DNA from: Callorhinchus milii
Taxonomy: Eukaryota
Reading direction: 5' to 3'
Assembly (NCBI RefSeq): GCF_018977255.1
Contig: NW_024704743.1
Coordinates: 106,084,001 to 106,148,000, forward strand
Length of the DNA: 64,000 nucleotides
Part shown: positions 12,060 to 24,531 of the stretch, in pieces
Position numbering within the stretch: the stretch's first letter is position 1
Layout of the letters: each line of letters starts with the position of its first letter
Notes under the pieces: model-generated
Told to the model about the DNA's origin: nothing
The model's input: only the letters and a program-made list of their open reading frames with translations
The model's database searches: none
Made by a program: the position numbers and the translations under genes

Positions 12060-12779
12060 TACTAACCTTGGAGTCTTGTTCAACCCTCAACTATCCTTTC
12101 TACCCCACATCTGCGCCATGATCCACTCTGCTTTCCCCCACCTCCGCAACATCGCCTGGCTCCACCATTGTCTCATACCGTAGTCCACCGAGACCCTCAA
12201 ACACGCCTTCATTACATTGAGGCTCGACTATGCAAACTCACTGCTTCTCAGCCTCCCTAACTCCTCCCTCCACAGGCTGCAGATCATCCAGAAACCTGCA
12301 GCACGTGTCCTCTCCCGCACGAGGCTCCGCGACCCTATCACCCCCATCCTCGCCCGACTCCACTGGCTTCCCATTCACACAGAGGATACAGTTCAACATC
12401 CTGGTCCTCACCTTCAAAGCCCTCCGCGGTCTTCCTCCCCCCTACCTCTGTGACCTCCTAACCCCCTACCACCCTGTTTGCTCCGGCCTGCTTCATGTTT
12501 CCCGCCTTGCTCGCCCCACTATTGGCGGGTGGGCCTTCTGCCACTTTGCCCCCACACTCTGGAACTCCATCCTGCAGTCCCTCCGTCTCGTCACCTTCAA
12601 GACCCATCTCAAGACCGTCTTTTTCGACCCTGCTTTCGATCTCCCTGCTTCCCCCCCCGCCCTTAACCCTTCCCCACCCCGACCCCCAGCTCGGGACCGT
12701 AACCCTATCTGTCCAGCACCTTGGGACGTCCTCCCAACATGAAAGGCGCAACACAAATGTAATTTTGTTGTTGTTGTTG
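12060..12779 (+). mobile_element. L2 LINE 3' fragment
   Basis: RLDYANSLL...LHWLPI; (GTT)n tail; same subfamily as 4950-5615 and 29311-31740. Confidence 0.9.
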
Positions 12780-13419
12780 TACTAGTGACTAATACAGAAA
12801 ACGATAGCGAATTATAGCTCAGTTTCACTAGCAGAGGGGAATAGAAGGCTGTGGGAGGGAATAATGAGTGAAGACTTGTGTGGAGTAAAAACACAGACAC
12901 AGACTTGTTGGGCTGAGGGGCCTGCTTCCATGCTATATATTCTTTGTCATCTTTGAAACGTCTTAAAGAGTTGCACTGATTTTCCTGCAAAATAGTGGTG
13001 GTCAACCTCTGTCTATGAGTTCCAACCTATTTGATGGACCAACAAAATGAATGTTTCTTGATTTAATATTTCTTGATTTATGGTATAAATCTATGTTTTT
13101 TGTTATTTTTATAATTAATGTGTTTCCCAACCAAAAAGGTTGTGCAGTATTGTGCTGTTAAGTGTAGTGACTGTCCAATTGTAGGCAACAGGCAGCTAAT
13201 TTGCACACAGCATAGATCCACAAACAGCTGCAAAGTAAATGGCCATTATTAATGGTTACACAACACACTTTCCTTAAGAATTCCTGCCATAAGCGGTTGC
13301 TACATTGTATAAATATGTAATTTCTGTGCTATGTATTGAATTACATATAATACTGCACAAATTAGAAATGTATTTCCAGGGAGAAAATACCATAATTGAT
13401 CAAAAGTATTGCCTTACAG

Positions 13420-13596
13420 GACAAGGGAAGAAGCCTTAGCCAGCTGAAAGTTTCCTTGAAGAGCAATCGCTGTGTAATACTGGATTCTGCTCAAGTTTTA
13501 GGACATATAATTGCATTCAATGCTGAAGGGAGACCGGCTGACGCATCAGCTGTGGGATCTTCACCAATTACCACTGAATTTGCTGTCCACATTAAG
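13420..13596 (+). CDS. rp1: Exon 9: beta-trefoil repeat 3 (DKGRSLSQLKVSLKSNRCVILDSAQVLGHIIAFNAEGRPADASAVGSSPITTEFAVHIK)
   Basis: ccttacag|GAC...AAG|gtactg; phase 0 to 0. Confidence 0.9.
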
Positions 13597-13624
13597 GTAC
13601 TGGTGAAATGAAAAAAGTCTTTCT

Positions 13625-13993
13625 AATGATTAGACAAGCTTGGGCTCTTCAGTCTTGAAAGAACATGTCTCAGAGGAGACCTTAAAGAGGTCTATAAAAT
13701 TCTAAATAAGATTGAAAAAGTAAATCCAGAACAATACTTCAGGATACACCAAAACAGTAGCACAAGAGAATATAGATTTTGAGTTGCAAAGCATAATTTC
13801 AGCACAGACACTGGGAAGTTTTTGTGGTAATTAACAACTGGCACAAGTTGCCAGGAAAGGTGGTTCACTGGATGTATCTAAAAAGCCACCTGATGCTGTG
13901 AAGGAGGGGACAGTAGGGTGTGTATTCTTGTAAGGTGAGATCAGATGGCCGAAAGGGTCTTCTTCATCTAAACTAATCTTGTGATCTTGTGAT
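13625..13993 (+). mobile_element. CR1 LINE 3' fragment (ATCTTGTG tail)
   Basis: LDKLGLFSLER..LRGDL.EVYKIL remnant; tandem ATCTTGTG end. Confidence 0.8.
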
Positions 13994-15084
13994 TATCAAT
14001 ATGGAGTAGCATCGGCATGGACTATTAACATATTCGTATTACAATATTAATACAAGAATCATATGATATTGGGTAAAAATGTCCTCAGCATTCAATGTGG
14101 TGACTTTACCAAATTTCTTTTTATTTATGCGGAAAACAGGTATTCGCAAAAAAAAAGTCCATCAGGAGAGTAAAAAAGAATGACATTAAAAAGAAAGCTC
14201 TCCACTTACTGTTAAATATTCACTGAGTGGACTTTACTTTCTCCATCTTTACGTTCATTAGCTATTCCTGCTGGAACACTGATAAGTGATATAATAATAG
14301 TAACCCTTACATTTGATATAAGGCCTTTCACGTCAGGATGACATCTCAAAGCGCTTCACAGAACAAACTAAAGTGTAGGGTCTGCATGATTTTTACACAA
14401 AATATTGTTTTTTTTGGTGGGAAAGACAGGATAACAACTGTAAAGGAAAACAGTTCAAATTTTTGTTTAGTGAAATAATTGAACTGAAATATCCCCAAAT
14501 CTCTATTTACAGTACTTTGTTTATCAAATTGCAGATTTTGAGGTTTAACAGCAGGGGGCACTCACAATCTGCAAGGAGTGAGTGGTCCCAGATTTTTTTA
14601 ATTCAAATAAGGGTTTGCCAGTTCAGTGTCAGTGGAAGACGACTCCTACTCAACAGATGGCTGAGCACTGTTGGCACCATCGCACATGGATCCAGATTGA
14701 ACTTGGCCTGAGCCAGGATTCAGGGCCTGTGGTCACAGAGGTAGATAAGTGGTTTTAAAGTGGCTTATCTGTCAAAGGTCACATTGAACCTATTGGCATT
14801 GAACATCTGATGAAATGCAATATGCTTGCAGATTGGTATTTGCAATGAGTTAGAGCACATGGTTAGCTTGTAATTTAGCTGAATGAAAAGCAGAGAGAAT
14901 TCCAAGTACTGTAGGATAAACAGTAGTCATGCTGAACAGACTAAGGCAAATAGCTATAAAAAGCCAAGGAGTAAAGCAACAATTGATATCTTGAAATCTC
15001 TTTAATGTTTACAAATAGATGATCGTGATTTGATAGTGATGTCCCCTGTCTTGATCATTCATTCTGCTTTGTCTTGACTTTAAG

Positions 15085-15297
15085 GGTATGTTCAGAGATG
15101 GTGCAGTAGTTCTGCTGAATACCAACTTCCTCCAATGTCTGCACATCAGCCCTGATGGGAGCTGTCGTGCGACAGGAAAGCAATCTTTAATGTCATATCT
15201 AAGGGTGCATAAGGTCGGCCCCAAGACTTACATGTTTGAGAGTGTACAGAATCCAAACAAGTTTATTCAAATAAGGAGTGGCAGATGTGATGGACTG
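15085..15297 (+). CDS. rp1: Exon 10: beta-trefoil repeats 4-5 (GMFRDGAVVLLNTNFLQCLHISPDGSC...YMFESVQNPNKFIQIRSGRCDGL)
   Basis: tttaag|GGT...CTG|gtgaga; phase 0 to 0. Confidence 0.9.
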
Positions 15298-15635
15298 GTG
15301 AGAATCTAGTTATGTGTTTATAACAGACATTCATATAACACACAAATCATGAAGTAATGAGTAATAAAGCATCACGCCCTAGAAATATTTGACAATCTGG
15401 ATCGTAGTTTGTTTAAATCTGTCCAATATTGTCCCTGAATCATTAAACTTGTTACTAAATGTAGTAATTGGTTACTATTTATTCCAATGAAAATAAATAA
15501 GCTTCATCTATCCAAATTTGATGTGTGAAAAAGTGATTTCAGTAACAGCTGTAGAACTGGTGACAATATTACAAAAAGAATGCATTAATAGTGCATATGT
15601 AGTGACTTGATATGTTTTGTATTTGATCTGCAAAG

Positions 15636-15813
15636 GGCATCGGAGATCACTACTGCCACTTTAGATTGGAAAATAATTTGGATAAAGGAGCAATAACCCT
15701 GGAATCTGTGAAGTACCCAGGAATCTATCTCGGGCTGCACCCAAGTGGACAAACGATGCCCACAGTAAACACTGGAGTTGACAATCTCATGCTGTACCCA
15801 CAGGTTATCAACT
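15636..15813 (+). CDS. rp1: Exon 11: beta-trefoil repeat 6 (GIGDHYCHFRLENNLDKGAITLESVKYPGIYLGLHPSGQTMPTVNTGVDNLMLYPQVIN)
   Basis: gcaaag|GGC...AACT|gtaggt; phase 0 to 1. Confidence 0.9.
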
Positions 15814-17171
15814 GTAGGTGACTCCTAGATATAACTACAAACAGCATTGTTGCTATTTCGCAATATAAAATATTCTGACCTCCTTGACAAAACACACTTA
15901 GTCACATTTTTGCATGAGGAACTTAAAGAATGTTGTTGAATTTTGTAGAAAGCTCATAATATTCAGCTAGCAGATTGTATCCTTGTGTTTTAGGAGATGG
16001 TTTTCTTCTGGTCTCTGATAAAACAAAGCACTGTGATGTACATCATAATAGCTTCCTCAAGGCTGTTTAGAGATGTTCCACCTGCACCCTGTTGATCCTC
16101 TGTTATTTCAGTGGAAACTTGTCCATTTTGAGTACCATTGTTGAAAGTGGCCAGCTACCCCTGGTCATTGTGAAACGTGCTGTTGTTTTTAGCACAGGGC
16201 GATGTCACAAGAGTAGCTGAGTGGAAGGAAATAATTCCAAGCACCATGGGTTTTGAAGACAAATTAGGGATTTTCAGATTAGTCAAAGTGAACCGGGTTC
16301 CTAGCGGAAGTTTAACATCTGTATGATTGAAATATCAGTCAACCAAAAGTGCATTCACAGTGGTTCCACAAGTTGAACTTTTATTACAAAAAATTTCCAG
16401 CAGAGGAAGAGTTGGTGATCACATAACAAACAGAAGTGCATTTTGTATAATAGAGTAATATATAGCAAACACCTAACCTAGCTTAAGATGAAGAAACTTT
16501 TTTTGACTTAAGGGAAAAGTTCCCCTTTGTATCTGCTGCCCAATACACTATATTGGTTCCTTATACAGTAGCTTGTATCATGGTTATGCCAAGATATATC
16601 AGTAAATCTTAGCTGTTCTTAAACCACTTAAAAACGTCAGAAATTGTTATAATTATATAATGATGTTTGTAGCTCACTTGTTAATGATATCCTCTAAAAG
16701 TATCAGCGATGAAAAGGTGCCTTTTTTATGCCATAACAAGACCCACAGAATATTGCTGGGATTTTAAGTGTTGCATTATTTCACTCCAACTTCCATCATC
16801 ATCTCTCCTAAATTAGTCCTGGAATTGCAGGGTCTCTTGTGAAAAATGACAACAAAAAGATTCCATACATCAAACACATGAAGTTGCACAATACAAATGC
16901 ACCTAAGCTACAACTGAATTTCTCACTGTTGATAAAAACAGCTCATTGCTGTGATGGGAAGATGATAGGATGGGTATTCTGGAAAGATGTGATCAAATGG
17001 GCTGAAGGACATTCTTCATTACCCTGTAATATGTTATCGTTCTCCAGTTTTAAAGCTACCACATATTGTAGACAATTCACTAAAGACTAGACATTCAAGT
17101 CAAGGTTTAAAGTTGCACATTGAGAATTTTTCCAGGTAACAAAATTAATATTGATCTCTTATCCAACACAG

Positions 17172-17261
17172 TTGGCAAGAAATTGTTTCAGACCGCAAAA
17201 CATTTGCAGTTGGAAGATGAAATGGAAAATGCTAGGCAGTCCACAACCTCGCATTTATTAA
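17172..17261 (+). CDS. rp1: Exon 12: linker (FGKKLFQTAKHLQLEDEMENARQSTTSHLL)
   Basis: acacag|TT...TTAA|gtaagt; 90 nt, phase 1 to 1, open frame. Confidence 0.75.
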   Translation: MARNCFRPQNICSWKMKWKMLGSPQPRIY

Positions 17262-17539
17262 GTAAGTATTACATAACCATATTACTGAGCCACTCTGTGG
17301 ATTGTGGAGTTGAACTGTTTGTTGGTAGGATATATGGTCTGACTCTGATTTCTCCTTGAGGCACATTGTGACAAAGTCATGGGGGGATAGGTTATGCCCA
17401 TACACCTGTAAATATCCTCATTAATTGAGTGGTCACAATTTCCAATCATACATTAACAGTAATGTTAAAAATAGTACATAAGATCACAAATACGATGACC
17501 GAGGAGAATTAAGAAGAGTCATGGCATTTTATTTTTTTG

Positions 17540-18672
17540 GTCAGCCAAATTCTGTTTGGACTTCCAATTTTGTGAAGGACTCACCTTGAAGGGCGCCCAG
17601 CGACAGTTCACTAGACTACCACCTGGGCTGAAAGAAAGTGACAGGTGAGATAGTGGACAACGTATTTGAGGGATCCATTACCATGGAGCATACCCTTCAA
17701 TTAGAGCCAAGATAGTTCTTCCAGAGAGTTGTCACGATGTGGAATGCTTTGCCCCAGTAAGCTGTAGAGGTGGAATTTATCAGAATATTTTTTTAAAAAT
17801 GTGATAGATCTTTGTAAATCTATGGATACGTGGGAAAGAGATGTATGATGGGGTATGGTGAAATGGCAGTGTATTCGGATTTAAACAATCTGTCAGTATC
17901 TAAAATAACAACTTACATTTATATTGCGCCCTCCACGCCCGGCATTGTCCCAGAGTGCTTAACAATGGTGGAGTCTGAGGCCGACCCAGGGGAAGGGGGA
18001 AGGTGACCATAGGTACGGTCAAAGAGGAAAGACTTCAGACGCAACCTGAAAATGGGGGCAAGGTGAAGGGATTGAGGGAGGGAGTTCCATAGCTTGGGGG
18101 CGTAGTGGCTGAAGGCACAGGTGCCAATGTTGGAGCAGAGGATTCGAGGGACAAGGAGGAGGCTGGAGATAGTAGAGTGGAGGCAGTGTGTAGTAGTGGA
18201 GAGAGAGGAGGTTGGAGAGATAGGTGGGTGTCAAGGCATGGAGCGATTTAAACACTAGAGTGAGGATCTTAAAGTCGATCCGTTCTGTGACAGGGAGCCA
18301 GTGGAGTTTGGCAAGTACTGGGGAAATCAGGGTGCAGAGTTAGTGTGGGTGAGAATGCAGGCGGGGAGTTTTGGATGAGTTGAATTTTGTGATTAGTGGA
18401 AGAGGGGAACCCGGAGTGGACACCATTTGAGGAGTTTAGCTGAGAGGTGATGAAGGCATGGATAAGGGTTTCGGCAGCTTGTGGAGTGAGGTATTGTTGG
18501 AGCCAGGCAATGTGACGGAGGTGGAGGAAAGCGATCCTGGTCAGGGAACGGATGTGGTGAACACTAATGGAACAGACTCAATGTCTGTTCGTTGAGTCTG
18601 TAGAAAAGAATAGGTAGTATCCTTTCCTACAGACTCTGTAGTGGCCTCCTTTGTTCCTATTTCTTATTCTGT
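17540..18672 (+). mobile_element. Old CR1 fragment interrupted by an L2
   Basis: FFQRVVTMWNALP remnant near 17716; GGCCTCCT 3' UTR-like sequence resumes near 18640. Confidence 0.55.
17905..18560 (-). mobile_element. L2 LINE 3' fragment
   Basis: Minus strand encodes HWLPVTERIDFKILTLVFKSLH; CAA-type tail at the left end. Confidence 0.85.
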
Positions 18673-18871
18673 TCAATGGTGTCCTGGATGTTCACCAAGA
18701 CACTAGATATCAAATGTACTTCTACTCAGTGATTCACAATATTCACAAGAAGGGGAAGAAGATGTTGTGGCAGAGGCGAGTTATGTTGCGGAGGTGAGAG
18801 AAAGTCGAGCGAGTGAGAGCCCGATGTAGGGTTTATCTGGATTCAAAGTTACACATTCAAAAATTGTTTCA

Positions 18872-19226
18872 AATAATAATAATAATACTTGCCTTTGGTA
18901 TAGCGCCTTATCATGTCTTCAAGACGTCTCAAAGCTTCACAAAATATACTGTAATATATATACTGGCTGCATATTTTGTGGGTGAAAAGCAGCAGCCAAT
19001 AGGGCACAACAGTGTCCCACAAGCAATCGTGGATTGAAGTGACCAATTTATTACCCCCGGAAAAGTGATCCACCAATTGACTAACAACTGGGTTCCTACT
19101 TACTGCTAGGTAAACAGAGGAGTGTGAAGTAAGGAAACTTGCCCAACATTTCGCCCTGCTGGGAATCAAACCCAGATCACTCACATGCAAGGTGAGCGCT
19201 CTAATCACTGAGCTACAGGACTCCAC
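18872..19226 (-). mobile_element. Full-length tRNA-Ala SINE
   Basis: Ends CTGAGCTACAGGACTCCAC (reverse complement of the head); (AAT)n at left. Confidence 0.88.
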
Positions 19227-19262
19227 GTAGTAAATCAATATTCAATCGTTTGTCCAATGCAG

Positions 19263-19346
19263 ATGACAAGAACAATCTTCCCGAGTTACAGAGTTTACAG
19301 GAAAGTGTGGTTTCAGAAGATGTCACAAACCCTTTGCGACCAAGCT
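19263..19346 (+). CDS. rp1: Exon 13 (probable): linker (NDKNNLPELQSLQESVVSEDVTNPLRPS)
   Basis: aatgcag|AT...AGCT|gtaagt; 84 nt, phase 1 to 1, open frame, no domain homology. Confidence 0.6.
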
Positions 19347-21109
19347 GTAAGTAACTGTTATTTCTCGGACCATACACAAAATTACTTTCCCCCTTTGGCA
19401 GTGGGTGTTTATAATGGGATTTTCCCATTAAATAACTCCATTGCTAAGTTTGTAATTATCCCAATTCAGAGAAAAATAAGTCTGTAATAAGATGTTGATT
19501 ATTCAGAAAGGTAAGAATTAATACAGAGTACAATAGAATAGATTAAAGATGATGTTTGCTCCAAAAATCAAAAAGCTACTGCATTCTTCAAAAGGCTGGC
19601 TTTGATATACTTGCCTGTTATTGCTCCAGCTTTCAATGCATTTGTCTGAATAGCTGAGCAGCTGCTTGTAATCTGGCCCCAACCTCATCCTGAATATAAA
19701 TACAGTAATAGAGGTTTAATTTGGGTCTGAAAATCTAGAGGGCAGATTCATAGTATGCAGACATAAGGTAAAAGAACAGAGATTTGAGCTTTGCTGTTGT
19801 AAAATTTGCAGCATCAAGTTATCCAGTGAATAATTTACTTGGCTTTGACAATGCGATGGACTGAAAATAACAGCAATAATAAAGGCTCATTTCTTTACCA
19901 TGATTTAAATAAAAGGTAGCATAGTTTTCTTAGGTAGCATTGTTCTAAGGGGTATCTTGCTATGATTACATTTGAAAATGTCTGAACAGATATAAAAAAG
20001 CACATTTGGTTGAGCTATTGAAATATCACAAAACACTCAAATGTTGGGTACTGTCTTATTGGGGAAAAATTTAGAACCAAATGAGTTTTACGTAATTAAT
20101 AGGAGTAAAATATGTAGTATGTGATGTGATCTTACCAGTGATAATTACCACAAGGGCAGAAGCTGGGTCATTTTTGTCAACAATAACAACAATATACAAT
20201 TATATAATTCCTTTCACTTCAGGAACACTTCACACTACCAAACCCCTGGTAGGGAGGTGGGTGGGGGGAAAGCAGTCAAAAGCATAGCCAAAGATACGTC
20301 TTAATAATCCTTGAATTTGAATTTGACTTTCACATGAAGAGGACGTCTCAAAGCGCTTCACAGGTTTTACCCAAGTGAAGGGAGTGTATTGCTTGTCTAA
20401 AGAGGTGTGTATTAGCAATGTGTGTTGGGTACTGCTAAATCCAAACAAGCTAACACCACACACTTAATCCAAAACTAGTAGCTTCCTGCTACTTATCCAG
20501 CATCCATCGAGTATTGGTTTGCAGGTTTATTATGAGCCAAATGGGAACAATCCCAACCCCTCAGTGAGATAATATAAAATAATTAAATATTGAAGTCTTT
20601 ATATAACAAAACGAGGAATCTAAGCTGAAGTAATTTTAACTCATGCACATCCCAATTAACATCAAATTTCAATGTCACTTATCTTCAAAAATCCTACTTG
20701 ACTCGCTGGTGCTGGAATGAAATTTACTGCCACTTCAGGAGCCAGCAACATTATGCTTATTTTTAAAGTATTTTCCTTTGGGTCGCTTGGCTTTCAGAGC
20801 TAAGAATTGGACTGATGTCGGGTTGATGCACACAGCACATTAATTTCAGTTCGCTTCCATAACTGCTTATGTGATATCGAGTACCCAAATGAAGTGTGGC
20901 AGGAAGATCTATGTGAACCCTGGGTTTGATTCCAAATTGAGGAGGAACCTTTCCGCTACAGATCATCTGCTATTAACCTGAGAGGCAGTTCTGCATGCTT
21001 TGGTTCTTAGAACCAATGGAAATCAGTTGAATGGCTCAGATTTGTGTCGTACATGCATCTGATCAATTCCTTTACTTTATTGCTCAATTACAGATGTACA
21101 AATTATACA

Positions 21110-21365
21110 GAAATACATAGGCTGTACAGCACTAAAATAAGCTATTCAACCTAATTAGTCTGTGCCAGTGTTCATACTTCACATGAGTCTCCATCTCTCC
21201 TATTACCCTTACCTTATCTACCCCACCCACCATGCCTCTCTATTCCCTTCTCATGTATGGATCAAATGCATTATTGCTTTCTGCTTCAACCACAGTTTCT
21301 GACAGTAAGTTCCACATTCTCACCTGCCCTGTGTAAAGAAAGTCCTCCTGACTTGTCTTTGAATT
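21110..21365 (-). mobile_element. CR1 3' fragment
   Basis: Reverse complement of FFTQG..RMWNLL remnant and CR1 3' UTR. Confidence 0.6.
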
Positions 21366-21562
21366 TGGATTGTGTTGCTATAGATGTAGAATTGAAGCAT
21401 GGGTTAATATGATTTTGCAAACCATACAGCATTGTTTTTTATCAAGGTTTGTGAGCTCTGAAAATACTTTCTTGCATGGAGATGCATTTGTCTTCGGAAA
21501 TATGTTTTGTGCTACCTTTTAGTTTTGAAGCAAGACTAAATTTGATCACTGTTGTAAACCAG

Positions 21563-21729
21563 CTCCTGCGATGAATGAGTGGAAGGTAAACATAATGACA
21601 GGTGCAAAAGCAGCCAAAGGGAAAGTCTCCTTGGCAGTATATGGCGACCAAGGGATGGAAGGTCCAATCCTTCTTCAAAAAAGCAACACGACAACTCCCT
21701 TTCTACCTAATCAAAATGATGAATTCAAG
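21563..21729 (+). CDS. rp1: Exon 14: PLAT B start (PAMNEWKVNIMTGAKAAKGKVSLAVYGDQG...FLPNQNDEFK)
   Basis: aaccag|CT...AAG|gtaaaa; phase 1 to 0. Confidence 0.9.
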
Positions 21730-21950
21730 GTAAAACCCACTCCTTTCCTCTCCATTTTATCGTTCAAGGACATTTTTCTTTTGGGATAATGATAGGAAGG
21801 GTTATCCTAAGCACATTTTCGTGAAAGGGCTGATAGAAATTTATTCAAACTGTCGTACTGACAAAGGGTAAACATTGGAAAGCAAAACATTGTGAAGCCT
21901 GTGACTTCCTGATTAAACGCTGTTGTTAAGCCTCTGGTTTTAATCTTTAG

Positions 21951-22046
21951 GTCAATATGAGCATGGTTGGTGAGATATATAAGATTCGTGTGAAACAAGA
22001 TGAAATTGATCTGTCAAATAATCTTGCAAAGTGGAAGCCACAAAAG
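21951..22046 (+). CDS. rp1: Exon 15: PLAT B (VNMSMVGEIYKIRVKQDEIDLSNNLAKWKPQK)
   Basis: ctttag|GTC...AAG|gtacat; phase 0 to 0; GEIYKIR motif. Confidence 0.9.
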
Positions 22047-22860
22047 GTACATTTCTTCTGTGTTTGCTGGTTTACTGATACTGGGGATTAGTACAATATA
22101 CCTTTGTAATTACAGGCTTCTATAATTTGTGTTATTATTCATATTGGGTAAAGTAAAATGCCACACCAAAGAATGTGACGTAGACTTTACTTGGTATGTG
22201 TGCAGGATATCATGTCAAAGTTAGCATACGATGGACAGTTTAGTGAAACACATGTACACAGAAGAATCAAATATTCTCTGCTAAAAATAGCAATCTTTTA
22301 CACTCAGTCTTCTTAATGGCATTTCCCTTTCTACAGATTTAGTATAAAAGAGCCCTATTTTTATCACTCAGCAAATGTTAGACCCCAAAGCCTATCAGTG
22401 TCATTCAGACTAATGTCAATAATCCCTATTGTTCTGTTTGACAAAATGCAAAGCCCACAAGTGTTTGAATTAAGGCTGAGTTAAAATGATATTCCTTGAA
22501 CCTGCTTTGCAAAGACTGTGATGTGCTGGGGGCCAGGTTCAAAAGTTGGCAGGAGAAACTTTGTGCTCAATGTTTTGCATGAAATTGGTTTTGTTTACCC
22601 TTAATCAACTTCAAACTGGGAAATCAATCCCAGTCCAACGTGGGGCTTGAACACACAATTGGTAAGTGTGCTACCAACTGAGCCAGACTGCAAACTATGT
22701 CTCAATACTTAGTTTTATTTGCATTATGTATGATATATTATCGAAAAGCATGCAGCTCATAATAGGTAAATGTGTAAGATATTTAATTTGCATTGTTATA
22801 CTTGAGCAATCAATATTTTACCTGCAAATAATTCTGGGACATTGTAAAATCCCTTAACAG

Positions 22861-22987
22861 TTAACAATGCAACATATAAAAAGTGGATTGATTTTGAAGT
22901 TTCATGTAGACAACGATGAAGACAATGCAGAAAATGTGTTCGAATTTTCTGCATTAGGAAAATCTACCGGGCAGCCACTGTTTTCAG
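22861..22987 (+). CDS. rp1: Exon 16: PLAT B end (LTMQHIKSGLILKFHVDNDEDNAENVFEFSALGKSTGQPLFS)
   Basis: ttaacag|TTA...TCAG|gtatgg; phase 0 to 1. Confidence 0.85.
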
Positions 22988-23510
22988 GTATGGAAACTCC
23001 ACTCTGAAAAGAGTGTTATCTAATCGTGGTTAGTTAGTTACACCAATGAGATTTACTACCTGAGTTTTGCATCAAGCTCATCACAGCAACATTGTGGGTT
23101 TAACCTGGTCATCTGCCAGAACTCAAGCCAATTGCCCACAGACGTGTGAAGCTTGAGCTGTTCCTAAAGTCATCTTAAACATTGTGTTACAACATGAAAA
23201 GACACAAAGTTCAGTTTTTTTTAATATAAATGGTATAAGATAGAATGGGACAGGAAAAGATTACTTGACCCTTAACTCCATTCTTTCCATAGACCATGTA
23301 AAAATTTGCACTGACAAATTAGATTGTAAGATTAGAGAAATATTCTGGATGTTTGGTCAATTTGACTTTGAAGGAGCAGAGGGGAACTTTCTCTCAAGGG
23401 ATGTTTGTTTTCAGGAGAATGAAAAAACTGACATTAACAAAGACAAGCTTGGTTCTTCTTAACACTACATCATTATAATTGTTTTTACCTCTTTGTTTTG
23501 TGTTTGACAG

Positions 23511-23662
23511 TTCAGAAATATAAAGTAAGTATTTATACTAAGCAGGTGAAACATAAGGAGTTTAATACCCCTGTTTACCTCCGTATCTATGGGGAACGAG
23601 GAGACACTGGTGATCATAATCTCTGTGTGCAGAAAGACCCTTCCATTTTCCATTCAGGAGAG
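23511..23662 (+). CDS. rp1: Exon 17: PLAT C start (VQKYKVSIYTKQVKHKEFNTPVYLRIYGERGDTGDHNLCVQKDPSIFHSGE)
   Basis: tttgacag|TT...GAG|gtaaga; phase 1 to 0. Confidence 0.92.
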
Positions 23663-24373
23663 GTAAGATGTTGCAAACAATAATTACTGTGTATTGTTTG
23701 TATTCTGTAGCAACATATTGTTTTACAAACATTTTTATTTGAGATTATATTTTGAGACTATAACCAGCACAGTCAAAAATGTAAGAAAAAAATAGTTATG
23801 CAAGACTGAAATGCTAAACTTTCAAAGGTGACATTTAATTGGATCTCCCTTGTCACTTAAAATTGGTTCTGCTAAAGTTCATCATAGATGTCATATCATA
23901 CCTGCATATTCTCTTTCAGTTGAAACCAGTTACATAAAGGATGCTTAGAAAATGTCAACAATGACTTTATTTGAGTCATTATAAATACTAATATAGTCCT
24001 ATGTTATAATTGTGAATGTGTAAAATGGTAATTTTTCAATTCCCATTGTAGGTGTTTATTTGTAATTTCACATTTCTATGAAGGATGAAGCATTGAGAAG
24101 AAATATTTCTGTCCCTATCTGATTACTTGGAGCCCACTTCATTATAATATAAAATTTAAAGTAGTATAGGTATGGAACCTATTGCTAATGTGCACAACAC
24201 AGCATTGCTCTTCACTAATGTGAAATGTAATGGTGCACATTTAAAGCAAAAGATAATTTAATATTATTCAAGTTGGCATGAAACAGGGATGTTTCTATGA
24301 CCTTCTGATGATTTTGTGTCTGGTTTGTACCTTTATCAGTGATCAGGCTTCTTTCAATGTAACTTTATTCCAG

Positions 24374-24531
24374 GTCGCAATTTTTTATTTAGAAGCCGTG
24401 TCTTTGGGTCCACTACATAAAGTGCTGCTGACCTGCAATACCAACAATGTGTCTCAGCGTTGGTACTGTGAAAAAGTGGTTATTAAGGAACTCAGTGAAA
24501 ATGGCTCAGGATATGTCTTCATTTGTGAAAG
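24374..24531 (+). CDS. rp1: Exon 18: PLAT C (VAIFYLEAVSLGPLHKVLLTCNTNNVSQRWYCEKVVIKELSENGSGYVFICER)
   Basis: ttccag|GTC...GAAAG|gtgact; phase 0 to 2. Confidence 0.92.
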
